Assembly (NCBI GenBank): GCA_028713575.1
Contig: JAQTOB010000016.1
Coordinates: 1 to 7,466 of the forward strand
DNA: 7,466 nt
Reading direction: 5' to 3'
Source of the DNA: Patescibacteria group bacterium
Lineage (GTDB): Bacteria > Patescibacteriota > Patescibacteriia > UBA2591 > UBA6264
Shown here piece by piece: positions 4,881 through 7,466 of the stretch (its first letter is position 1; each line of letters opens with the position of its first letter). Made by a program: the position numbers and the translations under genes. The notes under the pieces were generated by a model. That model had not been told where the DNA came from, did not search any database, and worked only from the letters and a program-made list of their open reading frames with translations.

Positions 4881-4909
4881 ATTATAACATAAAAACACAA
4901 GAACATTAA
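4881..4909 (-). promoter_or_regulatory. Candidate promoter for iscU giving a nearly leaderless mRNA
   Basis: Read on the minus strand: TTAATG (4909-4904), a 17-nt spacer, then a perfect TATAAT (4886-4881). Only 8 nt (aaaattat) separate the -10 from the ATG at 4872-4870. No Shine-Dalgarno sequence is visible. Confidence 0.3.
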
Positions 4910-4984
4910 AACAGTAAATTGTTATATTGTCATATCTCTGCGTTCTGATATTTTAATTTTTTAAATTTTAAATGTCTTATATTC

Positions 4985-5020
4985 TTTGCCTCATTGGCAA
5001 ATCCGCCGTAAAGACGGATT
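4985..5020 (-). terminator. Two tandem hairpins at and after the iscS stop codon (weak terminator candidates)
   Basis: The plus strand shows tttgcc-tcatt-ggcaaa (4985-5001) and aatccg-ccgtaaaga-cggatt (5000-5020). The second overlaps the iscS stop at 5019-5021. Neither is followed by a clean U-tract on the minus strand. Confidence 0.2.
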
Positions 5021-6215
5021 AGATTTTTATTTTTAAAGAAGATATATTTCTTAATCTATTAACAACAAAAATTAATTTTTTAATAGTATAATCCAAGTCT
5101 TTCTTTTTTGTCCAGCGACCAAGGGTAAACCTTAATGAGGAATGAGCCAATTCTGGGCCCAGGCTCATGGCTAATAAAACATGAGATGGCTCTAAAGAAG
5201 TTGAAGAACAAGCAGAGCCAGTAGAACAAGCAATACCAAAACTGTCTAGATTAATCATCATGGCCTCTCCTTCAATTCCTTTAATGCTGATATTAATATT
5301 ATTAGCTAAGCGCATTTTAGCGTGTCCGTTTAAATGGCTGTCTTTTATGCTATCTATTATTTTATTTATAAAATAATCCCTCATCTTCATCAATCTTTTT
5401 TGCTCTTTGTTCATTTCTTTTTTTGCCAATTCCACGGCTTTGGCAAAACCGACAATGCCGGGGATGTTTTCCGTAGAAGCTCTTTTACCTTTTTCATGTT
5501 CGCCGCCGTGAATTAAAGACTCTATTTTGACACCTTGCTTAAGATAAAGCAATCCTATGCCTTTTGGTCCATAAAGTTTATGGGCAGATGCAGATAATAA
5601 ATCAATGTTTAATTGATGAACATCAAGGGGCAAGTGGCTAAATGTTTGAACCGCGTCAGTATGAAAATATATTGGGATATTAATTTTTTCTTTTTGCCGT
5701 CTCTCTTTTTCCGCTTGAACAATTTGACTGATTTCTTTAATCGGCTGAATTACTCCTGTTTCATTATTTGCGTGCATAATGGAAATCAAAATTGTTTCGT
5801 CTTTGATGGCCTGTTGTAATTTTATTATATTAACCAAACCGTATTTATCAACCGGTAAATGAGTAATGGTGGCGTTTTGTTTTTCTAAAAAACGACATGG
5901 TTCTAAAACGGCATGATGCTCTATTTTAGAGGTAATAATATGTTTATGGGGCAAATTTAAAGCGAAAAAAATTCCTTTAATTGCCAAATTATTTGCTTCT
6001 GTTCCGCCACTGGTAAAAATTATTTCTTCTGACCGGGCATTAATAAATTGAGCGATTTCTGCCCGCGCTTTGTTCATAGCCAGTTTTGATTTTTGTCCGA
6101 TCTTATGCAAACTTGAAGCATTACCGTAAATTTTAGAAAAATACGGTTTCATGGCTTTTACTACGCGCGAGTCTGTTGGGGTGGTAGCGGCATAATCAAG
6201 ATATATTTTTCTCAT
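5019..6215 (-). CDS. iscS: Cysteine desulfurase, class I (IscS/NifS type, PLP-dependent)
   Basis: The ORF is 398 aa. It has the N-terminal YLDYAATTP motif, the PLP-lysine motif SASAHKLYGPKGIG and the active-site Cys loop STGSACSSTSLEPSHVL. The C-terminal SLRFTLGRWT is also present. Confidence 0.92.
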   Translation of the reverse strand: MRKIYLDYAATTPTDSRVVKAMKPYFSKIYGNASSLHKIGQKSKLAMNKARAEIAQFINARSEEIIFTSGGTEANNLAIKGIFFALNLPHKHIITSKIEHHAVLEPCRFLEKQNATITHLPVDKYGLVNIIKLQQAIKDETILISIMHANNETGVIQPIKEISQIVQAEKERRQKEKINIPIYFHTDAVQTFSHLPLDVHQLNIDLLSASAHKLYGPKGIGLLYLKQGVKIESLIHGGEHEKGKRASTENIPGIVGFAKAVELAKKEMNKEQKRLMKMRDYFINKIIDSIKDSHLNGHAKMRLANNINISIKGIEGEAMMINLDSFGIACSTGSACSSTSLEPSHVLLAMSLGPELAHSSLRFTLGRWTKKKDLDYTIKKLIFVVNRLRNISSLKIKI

Positions 6216-6253
6216 AATTATTTTGATAAATTATTTTTATTTTTATAAACAAA

Positions 6254-6285
6254 GTTAGTCTCCAATATTTAACGCAACAGCGTTA
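6254..6285. repeat. IS30-family terminal inverted repeat, transposase-distal end (IRR)
   Basis: See the mobile-element entry. The transposase stop codon (6255-6257) lies inside this repeat, 1 nt from the inferred tip. Confidence 0.6.
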
Positions 6286-7277
6286 CTATTAATTAATTGA
6301 TTAAATACCTCATAAGGTTTTTGAAAATTGAGCGCGGCTCGAGGTCGTCCGTTCAGTAAGTCCTGTACTTTTTTAACTTCATATCTACTTACTTTGTTAA
6401 AATCAGTTCCTTTTGGAAAAAATTGCCTGATTAAACCATTAGTATTTTCGTTTGTGCCTCGTTCCCAAGGGCTTCTTGGGTGAGCGAAATATACCTTGAT
6501 GCCGGTAATGTTGGTAAATAATTTGTGTTTGGCCATTTCTCGTCCCTGGTCATAAGTCATTGATAATTTCATCTGTTTGGGCAACTTCTTTACTTCTTTA
6601 GCAAAAGATTTAGCTACGGTTTCTGCTTCTCTGTTTTTTAATGGGACAAGAATAGTTGTCCTTGTCGTGCGTTCTACTAAAGTGCCAAGAGCTGAACGAT
6701 TATACTTGCCAATAATCAAATCTCCTTCCCAGTGTCCTGGGACAATTCTATCTTCCACTTCTTTGGGACGCTCCTCAATACTAAGCATATCCTCTATGTT
6801 TCGCTCCATTTTAACGCCTCTTGATTGCTTGTGTCTTCTCTTCCTATTCTGTCGCAAGCAGGAAGTCAGTTCCTTTTTTAAGGACCCGCGAGGCAAGACA
6901 TAAATATATGTGTAGATTGTTTCCGGAGCGATATGCATAGCCATATTATCAGGATAGTCCTTTTTTAGCTCTTCGGCAATCTGTTTGGGCGACCATTTCT
7001 TTTTTCTGAGTTTTTTGACGATATATATCCAAAGCGCCGTTTGGTTATTCAGTATCCGCTTGTCCTTTTTTCTTTTGCTGGCGTTTCTCTCCGCTCGCCG
7101 CTGCGCTTTGCCGGCCCGATAGGTATATTTATTACAACTACCCACTAATACTTCACGACTGATTGTGCTAACATGGCGGTCTAATAATCTGGCAATTTGA
7201 TTTAAAGAATATTTTTGAGCGAGCATTCGACTAATCTCTTCTCGCTCATCAAGATTTAATCTTTTGTAATTTTTCAT
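6255..7277 (-). CDS. IS30-family DDE transposase
   Basis: The ORF is 340 aa. The N-terminal HTH region is LNLDEREEISRML...LNQIARLLDRHVSTISREV. Catalytic-region motifs are HWEGDLI and MTYDQGREM. The motif HPRSPWERGTNENTNGLIRQFFPKGTDF is the characteristic IS30 signature around the catalytic Glu. Confidence 0.92.
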   Translation of the reverse strand: MKNYKRLNLDEREEISRMLAQKYSLNQIARLLDRHVSTISREVLVGSCNKYTYRAGKAQRRAERNASKRKKDKRILNNQTALWIYIVKKLRKKKWSPKQIAEELKKDYPDNMAMHIAPETIYTYIYVLPRGSLKKELTSCLRQNRKRRHKQSRGVKMERNIEDMLSIEERPKEVEDRIVPGHWEGDLIIGKYNRSALGTLVERTTRTTILVPLKNREAETVAKSFAKEVKKLPKQMKLSMTYDQGREMAKHKLFTNITGIKVYFAHPRSPWERGTNENTNGLIRQFFPKGTDFNKVSRYEVKKVQDLLNGRPRAALNFQKPYEVFNQLINSNAVALNIGD

Positions 7278-7311
7278 AAGAATCTAAGCTTAGTGATTAT
7301 ACTTTTTAGTA

Positions 7312-7343
7312 TAACATTGTTGCGTTAGATTCTGGACTCAAAC
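7312..7343. repeat. IS30-family terminal inverted repeat, transposase-proximal end (IRL)
   Basis: See the mobile-element entry. This repeat contains agaatctaa (minus-strand reading of 7325-7333), which is complementary to the 9 nt ending 1 nt before the transposase ATG. Confidence 0.6.
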
Positions 7344-7348
7344 AAATA

Positions 7349-7466
7349 TTAAAATAAATTTTTTTGTCCGGGTAAAACTTTTTTCTTTTTAATTGTTTCT
7401 TTTTTTAATTCTGGCTCGGTAAAAATACCGATTTCTCCGTAAACGCCGTCATAACCAGGATTGATG
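7349..7466 (-). CDS. C-terminal fragment of an unidentified protein (possibly endonuclease Q / TIGR00375-like; 5' part outside the window)
   Basis: The minus-strand frame is open from the window edge to TAA at 7351-7349. The translation is INPGYDGVYGEIGIFTEPELKKETIKKKKVLPGQKNLF. The PGYDG.YG.I..F motif resembles what I remember of the C-terminus of PHP-domain EndoQ-family proteins. The functional call is low confidence. Confidence 0.5.
   Translation of the reverse strand, partial: INPGYDGVYGEIGIFTEPELKKETIKKKKVLPGQKNLF

Larger units (their letters stand above)
6254..7343 (-). mobile_element. IS30-family insertion sequence, apparently complete (~1090 bp)
   Basis: A single 340-aa transposase ORF is bounded by imperfect terminal inverted repeats of ~32 bp. 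One is 6254-6285 (gttagtctccaatatttaacgcaacagcgtta). The other is the reverse complement of 7312-7343 (gtttgagtccagaatctaacgcaacaatgtta). About 24 of 32 positions match, including a shared core taacgcaaca. AAA flanks both tips (6251-6253 and 7344-7346). Confidence 0.8.

Noticed and set aside
326-4976. Short repeated units (heptads at 326-405, 4074-4124, 4951-4972) as a CRISPR array or spacer-repeat structure
   Set aside because: The units are 7 nt and directly abutting, with no unique spacers of 25-40 nt and no repeat of CRISPR length. They are microsatellite-like, not CRISPR.
4348-6903. Plus-strand or off-frame ORFs nested in mnmA, iscU, iscS and the transposase (4348-4533, 4656-4898, 5334-5516, 5613-5819, 6577-6903)
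   Set aside because: Each is antisense to, or out of frame with, a gene that has clear family motifs. None shows a recognisable motif of its own.
6247-7346. 7-bp direct repeat aaacaaa (6247-6253 and 7340-7346) as a target-site duplication of the IS
   Set aside because: The right-hand copy overlaps the inferred IR tip (aac at 7341-7343 mirrors gtt at 6254-6256), and IS30-family duplications are usually 2-3 bp. The 3-bp AAA flank fits better. Either repeat is weak evidence in AT-rich DNA.

Overview
This is an AT-rich bacterial window, roughly one-third G+C by eye. The compact housekeeping content suggests a small-genome, Patescibacteria/CPR-like organism, but that is inference only. Plus strand, left to right: the 3' end of a trigger-factor-like gene; a YfcE/MJ0936-type metallophosphoesterase; tRNA-Gly(GCC) starting 2 nt after that gene's stop codon; tRNA-Leu(UAA); a 539-aa polytopic GT-C/PMT-like glycosyltransferase fused to C-terminal TPR repeats; and tRNA-Leu(UAG). 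The rest is a convergent minus-strand block. It holds the 3' end of an unidentified gene, a complete ~1.09 kb IS30-family element, and then cysteine desulfurase (IscS/NifS), a U-type Fe-S scaffold (IscU/NifU-N) and tRNA 2-thiouridylase MnmA. I see no CRISPR array, defence island, secretion system or toxin-antitoxin pair, and I do not think a large novel multi-gene system is present. The observations worth a second look are smaller in scale. (1) Two adjacent tRNAs carry compensated non-canonical D-loop/T-loop elbow pairs. (2) A GC-rich structured element follows tRNA-Leu(UAG), and its 3' part resembles the 3' end of tRNA-Leu(UAA). (3) An in-frame heptanucleotide tandem repeat lies inside mnmA, with related heptad-periodic AT-rich motifs in two intergenic regions. 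(4) The glycosyltransferase gene contains a sharp synonymous-codon/GC island. (5) The IS30 element sits in the short spacer just upstream of iscS, and its transposase leader can fold back on the translation start. All structure and motif calls were made by eye, and no database search or folding computation was run.
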